A stretch of 36,816 nucleotides of DNA from Candidatus Egerieicola pullicola. GTDB taxonomy: Bacteria > Bacillota > Clostridia > Oscillospirales > Ruminococcaceae. Shown piece after piece: positions 18,586-28,217 of the stretch. The stretch spans positions 1-36,816 of the forward strand of contig DVGY01000078.1 of NCBI GenBank assembly GCA_018712465.1. Direction: 5' to 3'. The notes under the pieces are model-generated. The model made no database searches and was not told the origin of the DNA. It saw only the letters and a program-made list of their open reading frames with translations. Position 1 is the stretch's first letter, and every line of letters starts with the position of its first letter. Made by a program: the position numbers and the translations under genes.

Positions 18586-21138
18586 ATGTATAATACGGAA
18601 AACAGTAAGGTATACTCGGTAGACATCGAAAAGGAAATGAAGCAATCCTTTTTGGCCTACTCTATGTCGGTCATTGTCTCCCGGGCATTGCCGGATGTGC
18701 GGGATGGATTAAAACCGGTGCACCGCAGAATTTTGTACGATATGTATATCAACGGGCTGTTTCCGGACCGGAAGTACTCTAAGTGTGCCGCTACGGTAGG
18801 TGACGTATTGGGTAAATTCCATCCCCATGGCGACGCTTCGGTGTACGATGCTTTGGTGCGTTTGGCCCAATGGTTTTCTATGCGGTATCCCATGGTGGAT
18901 GGTCACGGAAACTTCGGCACCATTGACGGCGACCCTCCGGCTGCTTACCGGTATACGGAATCTAAGATGGCTAAAATCTCCATGGAAATGCTCACCGACA
19001 TCAACAAAGATACGGTGGATTTTGTTTCCAACTATGACGATACCATCAAGGAACCCAGTGTCCTTCCCTCCCGTTTTCCCAATCTGCTGGTAAACGGTTC
19101 CACCGGCATTGCCGTAGGTATGGCCACCAACATCCCTCCTCATAATTTGGGGGAGGTTATTGATGCCGTAGTGTACCTGATGGAACATCCTGACGCAGAA
19201 GTGGCGGAGCTGATGGACTTTATCAAAGGACCTGACTTCCCCACTGGCGGCGTAATTATGGGATATTCCGGCATTCGGGCTGCCTATGCCACTGGACGGG
19301 GTAAAATCATCCTCCGAGGCAAAGCAGAAATCGAGGAGTACGGCAAAAACAATGCCCAGCAGCGGATCGTCATTCGGGAAATCCCCTACATGGTCAATAA
19401 AACCCGGCTGATCCAGTCCATTGCCGGCTTGGTCAAGGACAAGCGGATCGAGGGTATCTCTGCCCTGCGGGATGAATCCGACCGGGATGGGATGCGGATT
19501 GTGTTGGAGCTGAAGCGGGACGCCAATGCCCAGGTAATCCTGAACAATCTGTACCATTACTCTCAGCTTCAGGAGACGGTGGGTGTGATTATGCTGGCGT
19601 TGGTGGATGGCCAGCCCAAGATCCTCACTCTGAAGCAGATTTTGGAACATTATATTGATTTCCAGTGCGACGTGATCCGCCGTCGGACCAAGTTTGATTT
19701 GGAAAAAGCCCAAGCCAGAGAACACATTCTGGAAGGGTTGAAAATTGCCATTGACTTTATCGACGAAGTGATTCGGATTATCCGCAGTTCCGCCGACCAG
19801 CCTGCTGCTAAGATCGCCTTGATGGAACGGTTTGGCCTTTCCGATTTGCAGGCCGGCGCTATTGTGGCCATGCGTTTAGGTCAGTTGTCCGGTTTGGAAC
19901 GGCAGAAGATCGAAAGCGAATTGGCAGAAGTCCAGGCAAAGATTCTGGAATACCAGGCTATTTTGGCAGACCACGGAAAAGTATTGGAGATCATTAAAAC
20001 CGACCTGTTGAATCTTCGGGATAAGTATGCGGATGAACGCCGCACCTCCATTGAAGCTATTTCCGGCGAAGTGGACATTGAAGATCTGATTCCGGAAGAG
20101 GACTGCGTGGTGACTCTCACCCACTTTGGTTATGTGAAGCGGATGACGCTGGACACCTATAAGACCCAGCGTCGGGGCGGCCGGGGTATTTCCGGCATGA
20201 CCCAGCGGGAAGAAGACTTTACCGAAGAGCTGTTTATCAGCTCCACCCACGATTATGTGCTGTTCTTAACGAACAAAGGACGGATGCACCGGTTGAAGTG
20301 CTATCAGATTCCGGAAGGCAGCCGTACGGCAAAGGGAACCAATGTGGTGAACCTGTTGGAACTGGAGCCGGATGAAACCATTGCTTATATGATCAAAGTC
20401 CACGACTTTGAAAAGGACGGTTACCTGGTGATGGTGACCAAAAAGGGCATTATCAAGCGGACCCGGCTGGATGCCTATAAAAATGTCCGCCGCTCCGGTT
20501 TGATTGCCATTTCTCTGGATGAAAACGATCAGCTTGCCTTCGCTAAGCTCACCAATGGCCATCATCAGCTGCTGATTGCCACCAAACTGGGAATGTGCCT
20601 GCGGATGGATGAAAACGATGCCCGTCCCCTGTCCCGGACTGCTCGCGGTGTGCGGGCGATCCAGCTTCGGGAAGGCGATGAAGTGGTAGGTCTGGCCCGG
20701 CTGCGGGATCACGCCACCGTAATGACTGTTACCGAAAAGGGACAAGGCCGCCGTACAAAAGTAGAGGATTATCCCATTCAGCGCCGTGGTGGTTTTGGAC
20801 GCACCAATTATAAGGTCAATGAAAAACGAGGCATGGTGGCTGGTATTAAAGTGGTGGATGAAACCGACGACTTGATTATGATTTCGGATGACGGTATTAT
20901 TATCCGGATTCGAGTCAGCGATGTAGGCATTATGTCCCGGTATGCCGGCGGAGTAAAGGTGATGAAGGTTGCCCCCGGCAGCAAGATCGTCAGCATTGCC
21001 CGAGCAGAATACGATGAAAATGCTCAGGTCTCTGAAGTAGAGACTGAGACTGAAGAAGAAAGCCCTGAAGCATTGGAACAAATGCAGCAGGAAGAAGCAC
21101 AGGAATCCACGGAACCCCTGGAATCTTCGGAAGAATAA
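18586..21138 (+). CDS. gyrA: DNA gyrase subunit A
   Basis: 850 aa with [19 protein letters not shown], the QRDR region [17 protein letters not shown], the catalytic AAYRYTE, C-terminal beta-pinwheel repeats, and an acidic tail. Confidence 0.97.
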   Translation: MYNTENSKVYSVDIEKEMKQSFLAYSMSVIVSRALPDVRDGLKPVHRRILYDMYINGLFPDRKYSKCAATVGDVLGKFHPHGDASVYDALVRLAQWFSMRYPMVDGHGNFGTIDGDPPAAYRYTESKMAKISMEMLTDINKDTVDFVSNYDDTIKEPSVLPSRFPNLLVNGSTGIAVGMATNIPPHNLGEVIDAVVYLMEHPDAEVAELMDFIKGPDFPTGGVIMGYSGIRAAYATGRGKIILRGKAEIEEYGKNNAQQRIVIREIPYMVNKTRLIQSIAGLVKDKRIEGISALRDESDRDGMRIVLELKRDANAQVILNNLYHYSQLQETVGVIMLALVDGQPKILTLKQILEHYIDFQCDVIRRRTKFDLEKAQAREHILEGLKIAIDFIDEVIRIIRSSADQPAAKIALMERFGLSDLQAGAIVAMRLGQLSGLERQKIESELAEVQAKILEYQAILADHGKVLEIIKTDLLNLRDKYADERRTSIEAISGEVDIEDLIPEEDCVVTLTHFGYVKRMTLDTYKTQRRGGRGISGMTQREEDFTEELFISSTHDYVLFLTNKGRMHRLKCYQIPEGSRTAKGTNVVNLLELEPDETIAYMIKVHDFEKDGYLVMVTKKGIIKRTRLDAYKNVRRSGLIAISLDENDQLAFAKLTNGHHQLLIATKLGMCLRMDENDARPLSRTARGVRAIQLREGDEVVGLARLRDHATVMTVTEKGQGRRTKVEDYPIQRRGGFGRTNYKVNEKRGMVAGIKVVDETDDLIMISDDGIIIRIRVSDVGIMSRYAGGVKVMKVAPGSKIVSIARAEYDENAQVSEVETETEEESPEALEQMQQEEAQESTEPLESSEE

Positions 21139-21144
21139 AGAAGC

Positions 21145-21189
21145 AAAACAGCAAGCGACCGGACTTTGTCTGGCGTTTGCTGTTTTTCC
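21145..21189 (+). terminator. rho-independent terminator after gyrA
   Basis: AAAACAGCAAGCG pairs with CGTTTGCTGTTTT (13 bp, one G-U), with further pairing inside the loop. The 3' arm ends in a T run. It begins 7 nt after the gyrA stop. Confidence 0.6.
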
Positions 21190-21213
21190 GTGAAAAGGGG
21201 GACAAAGCGGAAA

Positions 21214-21353
21214 AGTTTTCAACAACTTGTTAGCTGCTTGTTGAAAACTGAGCGGTTTTTGGGGGTATCCCCAAGATATTGTGGAAAAAAACAGGTGTTC
21301 TGCCAAAATATTGAGTGGACTTTAGAAAGAAGTCCGCTGAATTGTTGAAAACT
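21214..21353. repeat. third cluster of the AGTTTTCAAC motif, including a 12-bp perfect inverted repeat, plus one TTTTCCACA box
   Basis: AGTTTTCAACAA at 21214-21225. Its exact reverse complement TTGTTGAAAACT is at 21238-21249 and again at 21342-21353. TGTGGAAAA (= TTTTCCACA) is at 21280-21288. Confidence 0.75.
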
Positions 21354-21491
21354 CTGTTGAGATTGTCAAGAACTATACGGATGGTAAATTTTAGCTTTTC
21401 TATGAAACCAAAGTGAAAAAAGCCGGATTTTGTCGAAATATTTAATAATCTTACATTCTTTTTACTATCCTCGGAAAGTGATCGCCATTTC

Positions 21492-21520
21492 TTGAAAGAA
21501 AAAATAAAACATGGTATACT
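21492..21520 (+). promoter_or_regulatory. sigma-A promoter for the DUF5050-like gene
   Basis: TTGAAA-17 nt-TATACT with extended TG (TGgTATACT), about 70 nt upstream of the ATG at 21590. Confidence 0.6.
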
Positions 21521-21589
21521 AAATTGTAAATTTGGACAGAGATATTTCTGTTTGTATTTCTTTTAGATTATAGTACGAAAGGTAATATT

Positions 21590-22594
21590 ATGGAACATGC
21601 ACGTACACCGGTTAAAAAGTCTCCAAACTTTAGTTCATGGTGGAAAGCGATTCAAAAGTTCTGGGGAAAGAAGCAAGGCAAGGCGATTTTGTTGGGAGCT
21701 GCCGCAGTGATTGTTGCCGCAGTGATTTTGCTGGTTTGTTTATTTTGGCCCTCCACACCCCTGGCAGTAGGTAACAATGGACTGGCAGTGCAGATGGGTT
21801 CCACCATTTATTATGCCAATGCCAATGACCAAAATCGACTGTATGCCATGAAAACCGACGGCTCCGGAAACCATCAAGTATTGGCAGAAACAATTGGTGG
21901 GATGGTGACCGATGGAACGAATCTTTATGCCTTTATCAACGACGAATATCGTTATCTTTGGACTTTGAATCTGGAAAATCGAAGCCGCAGTCTGTTGATG
22001 GACACTGCTGCTGGGGAAATGGGCTACTCTAATCGGTATTTGTACTATACTGATTTTAATAAAGACAATACTTTATACTCGTTGTATTTATCTGATACCA
22101 ATGTTCATACCCAGCTCACCTCTCTTCCCACCTACGACTTGTCCAGCGATGGAAACAATGTTTATTTTCGTTATGGCCGGGATGGGGATTATGCCCTTTG
22201 TTCGGTGCCTTTGGCAGGAGGGGACGTAACCACGATATTATCCAAGCAGGTACTGGATGTGGTGTATTATGAGGGGAAGCTTTATTATATCGACCAGCAG
22301 CGAAATTTCTGCTCTGTCAATCCCGACAGCAGTCAGGATCAAGTAATCAGTGAAATTCCCTGCAGCAATTTGGTGATCTTTGAAGATCAGCTCTACTTTA
22401 TCCATAACGGAGAAGCGGAAGAGGAAGATGCCGGCAGTCTCTGCCGGATGAATCTGGATGGCTCCGGCTACGAGGTGCTGGCTCAGGGCAGTTACAACAA
22501 TATCAACGTAGTGGAAAACCGGGTCTTCTTTTTAGATAATAACCGGCAGATGTATTACTATGATATTCAGCATCGGACGGTTGGCCGGGTGTAA
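21590..22594 (+). CDS. membrane-anchored DUF5050-like beta-propeller repeat protein
   Basis: N-terminal TM anchor (AILLGAAAVIVAAVILLVCLFW), followed by repeated units of the type xxIYYxN..D.N.LYxMxxDGSG typical of DUF5050 / YWTD-like propellers (family recalled from memory). Confidence 0.6.
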   Translation: MEHARTPVKKSPNFSSWWKAIQKFWGKKQGKAILLGAAAVIVAAVILLVCLFWPSTPLAVGNNGLAVQMGSTIYYANANDQNRLYAMKTDGSGNHQVLAETIGGMVTDGTNLYAFINDEYRYLWTLNLENRSRSLLMDTAAGEMGYSNRYLYYTDFNKDNTLYSLYLSDTNVHTQLTSLPTYDLSSDGNNVYFRYGRDGDYALCSVPLAGGDVTTILSKQVLDVVYYEGKLYYIDQQRNFCSVNPDSSQDQVISEIPCSNLVIFEDQLYFIHNGEAEEEDAGSLCRMNLDGSGYEVLAQGSYNNINVVENRVFFLDNNRQMYYYDIQHRTVGRV

Positions 22595-22610
22595 TGAAAA
22601 AAAGATTCAA

Positions 22611-22645
22611 AAAAGGACTGCACTTAATTTTCGTGCAGTCCTTTT
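22611..22645. terminator. bidirectional rho-independent terminator (DUF5050-like gene on +, prs on -)
   Basis: Perfect 13-bp stem AAAAGGACTGCAC / GTGCAGTCCTTTT with a 9-nt loop. An A-run lies upstream and a T-run downstream, so it reads as stem plus U-tract on both strands. Confidence 0.8.
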
Positions 22646-22670
22646 GCATTTCATTGATTGTTTATTTCAA

Positions 22671-23630
22671 TCAGGTGAACAGCGGAGAAACCGGCAGATC
22701 TTCGTAGATCCGTTCGATGGCCTTGGCAAATACCGGGCCTACCTTCAGCACTGTGATCTTGTCGATCTTCTTTTCTTCCGGCAACTGAATGGTATCCAGC
22801 AGCACCATTTCCTTGATGGGGCTGTCCTGAATCCGCTCAATAGCCGGGCCGCTGAGCACACCGTGGGTAGCGCAGGCGTATACTTCCTTGGCGCCGCCCT
22901 TTTCGATCATGGCGCGAGCCGCATTGCAGATGGTGCCGGCGGTGTCGATCATATCGTCCACCAAAATAACCTTTTTGCCTTCCACGTTACCGATGATGTT
23001 CATCACCTGAGACACATTGGCTTTGGGCCGGCGCTTATCTACAATGGCCAAAGGTGCGTCGATCCGGGTGGCAAACTGCCGGGCACGGTTTACGCTGCCC
23101 AGGTCAGGGCTGACCACTACCAGATCATTGGCACAGTCGGCAAAGTGTTCCATAAAGTAAGGAGCCAAGATCGGCACACCCAGCAGATGATCCACAGGAA
23201 TGTTGAAGAAACCTTGAATCTGTGCAGCATGGAGGTCCATGGTCAGCACCCGGTCAGCGCCGGCGGTGGTGATCAGGTCAGCCACCAGTTTGGCAGAGAT
23301 CGGGTCACGGGCTTTGGCTTTCCGGTCTTGACGGGCATAGCCGAAATAGGGGATCACGGCGGTGATCCGGGCGGCGGAAGCCCGTTTGAATGCGTCGATC
23401 ATAATGAGCAGTTCCATCAGGTTGTCGTTCACCGGATAGGAGGTGGACTGCACCACGAAAATGTCGCTGCCCCGAACGGATTCCTGAATGGAAACGCTGA
23501 TTTCCCCGTCGCTGAAGGTGACTACCTGGCTTTTGCCCATAGGCAGCCCCAGACAGCGGGCGATGTCCTCGGCGACTTCCCGATTGGAATTTGCACTGAA
23601 GATTTTAATTTCCTTGCCATGAAAATTCAT
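22671..23630 (-). CDS. prs: ribose-phosphate pyrophosphokinase
   Basis: 319 aa with [27 protein letters not shown] and the PRPP-binding loop [28 protein letters not shown]. Confidence 0.95.
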   Translation of the reverse strand: MNFHGKEIKIFSANSNREVAEDIARCLGLPMGKSQVVTFSDGEISVSIQESVRGSDIFVVQSTSYPVNDNLMELLIMIDAFKRASAARITAVIPYFGYARQDRKAKARDPISAKLVADLITTAGADRVLTMDLHAAQIQGFFNIPVDHLLGVPILAPYFMEHFADCANDLVVVSPDLGSVNRARQFATRIDAPLAIVDKRRPKANVSQVMNIIGNVEGKKVILVDDMIDTAGTICNAARAMIEKGGAKEVYACATHGVLSGPAIERIQDSPIKEMVLLDTIQLPEEKKIDKITVLKVGPVFAKAIERIYEDLPVSPLFT

Positions 23631-23669
23631 GATAATACTCCCTCTCCCCCGATTGGAAAGTAATTGAAT

Positions 23670-25079
23670 TTACTTTTCTTCGGGATGATATTTCAGCTTG
23701 CGTCCCGCCAATTTCTTAGCGGCGAACCCTTCAATGTTGACCTGTCTTGCCCGGGCAATTCCCAAGCTTTCTTCCGGTACTTCATCGGTAATGGTGCTGC
23801 CGGCGCCGATATAGGCGTTGTCTCCAACAGTGACTGGTGCCACCAAGTTGGTGTTGCAGCCGATGAAAGCGCCGTTGCCAATGGTGCAGCGGTTTTTATG
23901 AATCCCATCGTAGTTGACGGTGACGCAGCCGCAGCCAAAGTTGACGTTCTGCCCAACGTCAGAATCTCCCACATAGGTCAGGTGGGAAATGCCGGTGCCT
24001 TCTCCTACCACCGAGTTCTTCACTTCCACAAAATCGCCGATGTGGACGAAGGACTTGATTTCGCTGTTGGGGCGGATGTGGCAGAAGGGGCCAATGCCAA
24101 CGTCGCTGTGAATTACCGAGTTGTAGCACTGGCTGGCGTTAAACGTGACCCGATCCCCCAGCGTGGAATTTTGAATCAAGCTGTTGGGACCGATTACACA
24201 ATGCTTGCCGATAACCACATTTTCTTTTAGGATGGTGCCGGGCAGTAGAACGGTATCCGGTCCTACCTTAGCATCGGGACTAACTAGAATGCCGTCGGTG
24301 CAGGGGATCTCCACTCCTTCGTCAAACAGCCGGTCCAGCACCTTTTGACGCATTTTTTCACTGAGCTGATTGAGATCCTTTCGGGAATTGGCGCCCAAAA
24401 TAATATCCGGAGTGCAGGCGGTGTAGCCTCCTACATACCAGCCTTGTTTTAAGGCCAGATCCACGGTGTCAGTGAGGTAGTACTCCTGCTGAGCGTTGGC
24501 GTTGGTGAGCTGATCCAGCATCTGCAGCAGCGCATCTACGTTAAACCAGTAGGTGCCGGAGTTGATCTCCTGAATCTGCAGCTGGGCCACCGTGGCGTCT
24601 TTCTGTTCCACAATCCGGGAAATGCCGGCGGCATTTCGGACAATCCGTCCGTAGCCGGAAGGGTTTTCCACCTGAGCTGTGACCACAGTCACCGCATTGC
24701 CTTCACTCTTGTGCTGCTCCAGGGCATGGCGAATGGTGTTGGCGGTCATAAAAGGGGTGTCCCCGCAGATCACCAAAACATTGCCGCCCTTGTGTTCTTC
24801 CAAAAAAGAGCGGGCCATCATCACTGCGTGGCCGGTTCCCTTCTGCTCGGTCTGGTGGGCGTAGCAGATATTGCCCAGAGTATCTAGATACTCCTCTACC
24901 TGCTGAGACATAAACCCGGTGACAGCGCAGAGATCCTCCACACCTGCTTTCCGGACTGCCTCCACCACATACCCAACCATGGGTTTGAAGAGAATTTCCG
25001 CCAGGACCTTGGGCTTTTCGGATTTCATCCGAGTGCCCTTTCCTGCTGCAAGGATAATGGCGCAGCAATCGTTTTTCAT
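23670..25079 (-). CDS. glmU: bifunctional UDP-N-acetylglucosamine pyrophosphorylase / GlcN-1-P N-acetyltransferase GlmU
   Basis: AIILAAGKGTRMKS nucleotidyltransferase motif, followed by C-terminal left-handed beta-helix hexapeptide repeats. ATG at 25079 with an AAGGAG RBS at 8 nt (the track start is 3 codons earlier). Confidence 0.94.
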   Translation of the reverse strand: MKNDCCAIILAAGKGTRMKSEKPKVLAEILFKPMVGYVVEAVRKAGVEDLCAVTGFMSQQVEEYLDTLGNICYAHQTEQKGTGHAVMMARSFLEEHKGGNVLVICGDTPFMTANTIRHALEQHKSEGNAVTVVTAQVENPSGYGRIVRNAAGISRIVEQKDATVAQLQIQEINSGTYWFNVDALLQMLDQLTNANAQQEYYLTDTVDLALKQGWYVGGYTACTPDIILGANSRKDLNQLSEKMRQKVLDRLFDEGVEIPCTDGILVSPDAKVGPDTVLLPGTILKENVVIGKHCVIGPNSLIQNSTLGDRVTFNASQCYNSVIHSDVGIGPFCHIRPNSEIKSFVHIGDFVEVKNSVVGEGTGISHLTYVGDSDVGQNVNFGCGCVTVNYDGIHKNRCTIGNGAFIGCNTNLVAPVTVGDNAYIGAGSTITDEVPEESLGIARARQVNIEGFAAKKLAGRKLKYHPEEK

Positions 25080-25156
25080 ATTCTGCACTCCTTGAAGTTA
25101 AAAAAAGAAACGAATCCGATGAAAAGACAGAGTGATCCCCCCGTCCTTACAAGAAT

Positions 25157-25185
25157 ATTATGACAACATTTCCCCGTTTTTGCAA
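25157..25185 (-). promoter_or_regulatory. candidate sigma-A promoter for glmU-prs
   Basis: The minus strand reads TTGCAA-17 nt-CATAAT with TG at -15/-14, about 75 nt upstream of the glmU ATG. Confidence 0.5.
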
Positions 25186-25254
25186 GCCTTTCATAAAAAC
25201 TGACCGCAAAGTTTGTGACAACCATGAATTTTCTGATTTTTTTTCTTAAAAATA

Positions 25255-25283
25255 TGGAAATTTGCCAGATGATTTGGTATAAT
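25255..25283 (+). promoter_or_regulatory. candidate ppdK promoter (extended -10)
   Basis: TGGAAA-17 nt-TATAAT with TGgTATAAT. It leaves a leader of about 160 nt before the ppdK start. Confidence 0.5.
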
Positions 25284-25351
25284 ATATGGGCAAAGCCTGT
25301 ATGGATTTTCAAAGTCCCAGGCGGCTGCTTTCCAAAAGGGAAAAATTGCGG

Positions 25352-25387
25352 CTGTCCCATCGGAACGGTCGGAAGGTGATGGGACAG
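25352..25387 (+). promoter_or_regulatory. 10-bp perfect stem-loop in the ppdK 5' leader
   Basis: CTGTCCCATC (25352-25361) pairs with GATGGGACAG (25378-25387) around a 16-nt loop. The 3' arm can alternatively pair with AGCCTGT at 25294-25300. Confidence 0.35.
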
Positions 25388-25447
25388 GCTTCACCGTATT
25401 TCTCCTTTTGAAAGGCAAACAAATACTATTCTATGGAGGTATTTATT

Positions 25448-28081
25448 GTGAGCAAGAAGTATGTGTACCTGTTTACTGAAGGTAACGCAAACATGAGAGA
25501 ACTGCTCGGCGGCAAAGGCGCAAACCTGGCCGAGATGACCAACATCGGTCTGCCGGTTCCTCAGGGCTTTACCATCACCACTGAGGCCTGCACCCAGTAC
25601 TATGAAGATGGCAAGGTCATCAATCCTGAAATTCAGGCTCAGATCATGGAGTACATCTCCAAGATGGAAGAGATTACCGGCAAAAAATTCGGCGATAAGG
25701 AAAACCCGCTGCTGGTTTCCGTTCGTTCCGGCGCCCGTGCTTCCATGCCCGGCATGATGGACACCATCCTGAACTTGGGCTTGAACGAAGACGTGGTGGA
25801 AGTGCTGTCTGAAAAGTCCGGCAACCCCCGCTGGGCTTGGGACTGCTATCGTCGGTTCATCCAGATGTACTCCGACGTGGTTATGGAAGTCGGTAAGAAG
25901 TACTTCGAACAGCTCATCGACGAGATGAAGGCCAAGAAGGGCGTCACTCAGGACGTAGAGCTCACCGCTGACGATCTGAAGGAACTGGCTGGTCAGTTCA
26001 AAGCCGAGTACAAAGAAAAAATCGGCACTGACTTCCCCAGCGATCCCAAAGAACAGCTCATGGGCGCTATCAAGGCTGTGTTCCGCAGCTGGGACAACCC
26101 CCGCGCCAACGTGTACCGTCGTGACAACGATATTCCTTATTCCTGGGGTACCGCTGTTAACGTACAGAGCATGGCTTTCGGTAACATGGGCGATGACTGC
26201 GGCACCGGTGTTGCTTTCACTCGTGACCCTGCTACCGGCGCAAAGGGCCTGTTCGGTGAATTCTTGACCAATGCTCAGGGCGAAGACGTGGTTGCTGGTG
26301 TTCGCACCCCCATGAAGATCTCTGAAATGGAAGAGAAATTCCCCGAAGCTTTTGCTCAGTTCAAAGATGTTTGCAAGATCCTGGAAGATCACTACCGCGA
26401 CATGCAGGACATGGAGTTCACCGTGGAACACGGCAAACTGTTCATGCTCCAGACCCGTAACGGTAAGAGAACTGCTCAGGCTGCGCTGAAGATCGCCTGC
26501 GATCTGGTGGACGAAGGCATGCGCACCGAAGAAGAAGCTGTTCTGATGATCGACCCCAGAAACCTGGACACCCTGCTGCACCCGCAGTTCGACGCTGCTG
26601 CTCTGAAGGCTGCTACCCCCATGGGCAAGGGCCTGGGCGCTTCTCCTGGTGCTGCTTGCGGTAAGATCGTCTTCACTGCAGAAGATGCTGAAGAATGGAA
26701 CGCTAGAGGCGAAAAGGTAGTTCTGGTTCGTCTGGAAACCTCTCCTGAAGACATCACCGGTATGAAAGCTTCTCAGGGCATTCTGACCGTTCGTGGTGGT
26801 ATGACCTCTCACGCTGCCGTTGTGGCTCGTGGTATGGGCACCTGCTGCGTATCCGGCTGCTCTGAAATCACCATGGATGAAGAAAACAAGAAGTTCACCC
26901 TGGGTGGCAAGGAATTCCACGAAGGCGACTATATCTCCATCGATGGTTCCACCGGTAACATCTACGACGGCATCATCCCCACTGTGGACGCCACCATCGC
27001 TGGCGAACTGGGCCGCGTAATGGGCTGGGCTGACAAGTATCGTCGTCTGAAAGTCCGCACCAATGCCGACACCCCCACCGACGCTAAGAAGGCTCGTGAG
27101 CTGGGTGCCGAAGGTATCGGTCTGTGCCGTACCGAGCACATGTTCTTTGAAGGCGACCGGATCGACGCATTCCGCGAAATGATCTGCGCCGACACCGTGG
27201 AAGAACGGGAAGCTGCTCTGGATAAGATCCTCCCCGTTCAGCAGAGCGACTTCGAAAAGCTGTACGAAGCTCTGGAAGGCAACCCGGTAACCATCCGGTT
27301 CCTGGATCCCCCGCTCCACGAGTTCGTACCCACCACCGAAGAAGACATCCAGAAGCTGGCTGACGCTCAGGGCAAGACCGTGGAACAGATCAAGGCTATC
27401 ATTGATTCTCTCCACGAGTTCAACCCCATGATGGGTCACCGTGGCTGCCGTCTGGCGGTTACCTATCCGGAAATCGCTGTGATGCAGACCAAGGCTGTTA
27501 TCCGCGCTGCGTTGAACGTGAAGAAGGCTCATCCCGATTGGAATGTTGCTCCCGAAATCATGATTCCGCTGGTAGGCGATGTGAAGGAACTGAAGTACGT
27601 CAAGAACGTTGTGGTTAAGACCGCCGACGAAGAAATCGCCGCTGCCGGTATCGATCTGAAGTACGAAGTTGGTACTATGATCGAAATCCCCAGAGCTGCT
27701 TTGACTGCGGACGAGATTGCGAAGGAAGCTGAATTCTTCTGCTTCGGCACCAACGACCTGACTCAGATGACCTACGGCTTCTCTCGTGACGACGCTGGTA
27801 AGTTCCTGAACGCTTACTACGATGCCAAGATCTTCGAAAACGATCCCTTCGCCAAACTGGACCAGGTTGGCGTTGGCAAGCTGATGAAGATGGCAATCCA
27901 GCTGGGCAAGTCCACCCGTCCCGACCTCCACGTAGGTATCTGCGGCGAGCACGGCGGCGACCCCTCCAGCGTGGAGTTCTGCCACTCCATCGGTCTGGAC
28001 TATGTGTCCTGCTCTCCCTTCCGTGTGCCGATTGCTCGTCTGGCTGCTGCTCAGGCTGCCATCAAAGAGCGTCAGGCTTAA
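25448..28081 (+). CDS. ppdK: pyruvate, phosphate dikinase
   Basis: Near-collinear with Clostridium symbiosum PPDK as I recall it: GGKGANLAEM, VSVRSGARASMPGMMDTILNLGLN, the catalytic His region GGMTSHAAVVARGMG, GLCRTEHMFF, and FFCFGTNDLTQM. GTG at 25448 sits 7 nt after GGAGG and gives (M)SKKYVYLFTEGN, which matches the family N-terminus. Confidence 0.96.
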   Translation: MSKKYVYLFTEGNANMRELLGGKGANLAEMTNIGLPVPQGFTITTEACTQYYEDGKVINPEIQAQIMEYISKMEEITGKKFGDKENPLLVSVRSGARASMPGMMDTILNLGLNEDVVEVLSEKSGNPRWAWDCYRRFIQMYSDVVMEVGKKYFEQLIDEMKAKKGVTQDVELTADDLKELAGQFKAEYKEKIGTDFPSDPKEQLMGAIKAVFRSWDNPRANVYRRDNDIPYSWGTAVNVQSMAFGNMGDDCGTGVAFTRDPATGAKGLFGEFLTNAQGEDVVAGVRTPMKISEMEEKFPEAFAQFKDVCKILEDHYRDMQDMEFTVEHGKLFMLQTRNGKRTAQAALKIACDLVDEGMRTEEEAVLMIDPRNLDTLLHPQFDAAALKAATPMGKGLGASPGAACGKIVFTAEDAEEWNARGEKVVLVRLETSPEDITGMKASQGILTVRGGMTSHAAVVARGMGTCCVSGCSEITMDEENKKFTLGGKEFHEGDYISIDGSTGNIYDGIIPTVDATIAGELGRVMGWADKYRRLKVRTNADTPTDAKKARELGAEGIGLCRTEHMFFEGDRIDAFREMICADTVEEREAALDKILPVQQSDFEKLYEALEGNPVTIRFLDPPLHEFVPTTEEDIQKLADAQGKTVEQIKAIIDSLHEFNPMMGHRGCRLAVTYPEIAVMQTKAVIRAALNVKKAHPDWNVAPEIMIPLVGDVKELKYVKNVVVKTADEEIAAAGIDLKYEVGTMIEIPRAALTADEIAKEAEFFCFGTNDLTQMTYGFSRDDAGKFLNAYYDAKIFENDPFAKLDQVGVGKLMKMAIQLGKSTRPDLHVGICGEHGGDPSSVEFCHSIGLDYVSCSPFRVPIARLAAAQAAIKERQA

Positions 28082-28126
28082 TGGTTGGTTGACCGTTTAA
28101 ACTAAAATTGGATATCCGATAAAATC

Positions 28127-28166
28127 GGCCCTGTTGTCTTAGGATGACAGGGCTGATTTATTTTAT
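28127..28166 (+). terminator. rho-independent terminator after ppdK
   Basis: GCCCTGT / ACAGGGC stem followed by TGATTTATTTTAT. Confidence 0.55.
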
Positions 28167-28203
28167 AAAAAACCGGCCTCTGCACCATGCAAAAGGCCGG
28201 TTT
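28165..28203 (-). terminator. rho-independent terminator after punA
   Basis: 8-bp stem AACCGGCC / GGCCGGTT. On the minus strand it is followed by TTTTTTAT. It lies 15 nt after the punA stop. Confidence 0.7.
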
Positions 28204-28217
28204 CGTTGAAACGAAAA

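Noticed and set aside
22560-24230. Plus-strand ORFs 22560..23663 (367 aa) and 23664..24230 (188 aa)
   Set aside because: Antisense shadows of prs and glmU. They have no RBS or motifs, and the opposite strand carries unambiguous conserved genes.
25314-25326. CCGCCTGGG on the minus strand of the ppdK leader, reminiscent of the conserved 3' element of ZTP (pfl) riboswitches
   Set aside because: The 5' pfl subdomain is absent. The orientation would place it upstream of the glmU promoter rather than in a transcript leader, and the gene context is not purine or folate.
25391-27985. 864-aa minus-strand ORF, the longest ORF on that strand
   Set aside because: It is codon-aligned antisense to ppdK, which has an overwhelming family match. 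Its translation is low-complexity (V/G/A/H-rich) with no motifs. Its openness is explained by the absence of TTA/CTA/TCA codons in ppdK.
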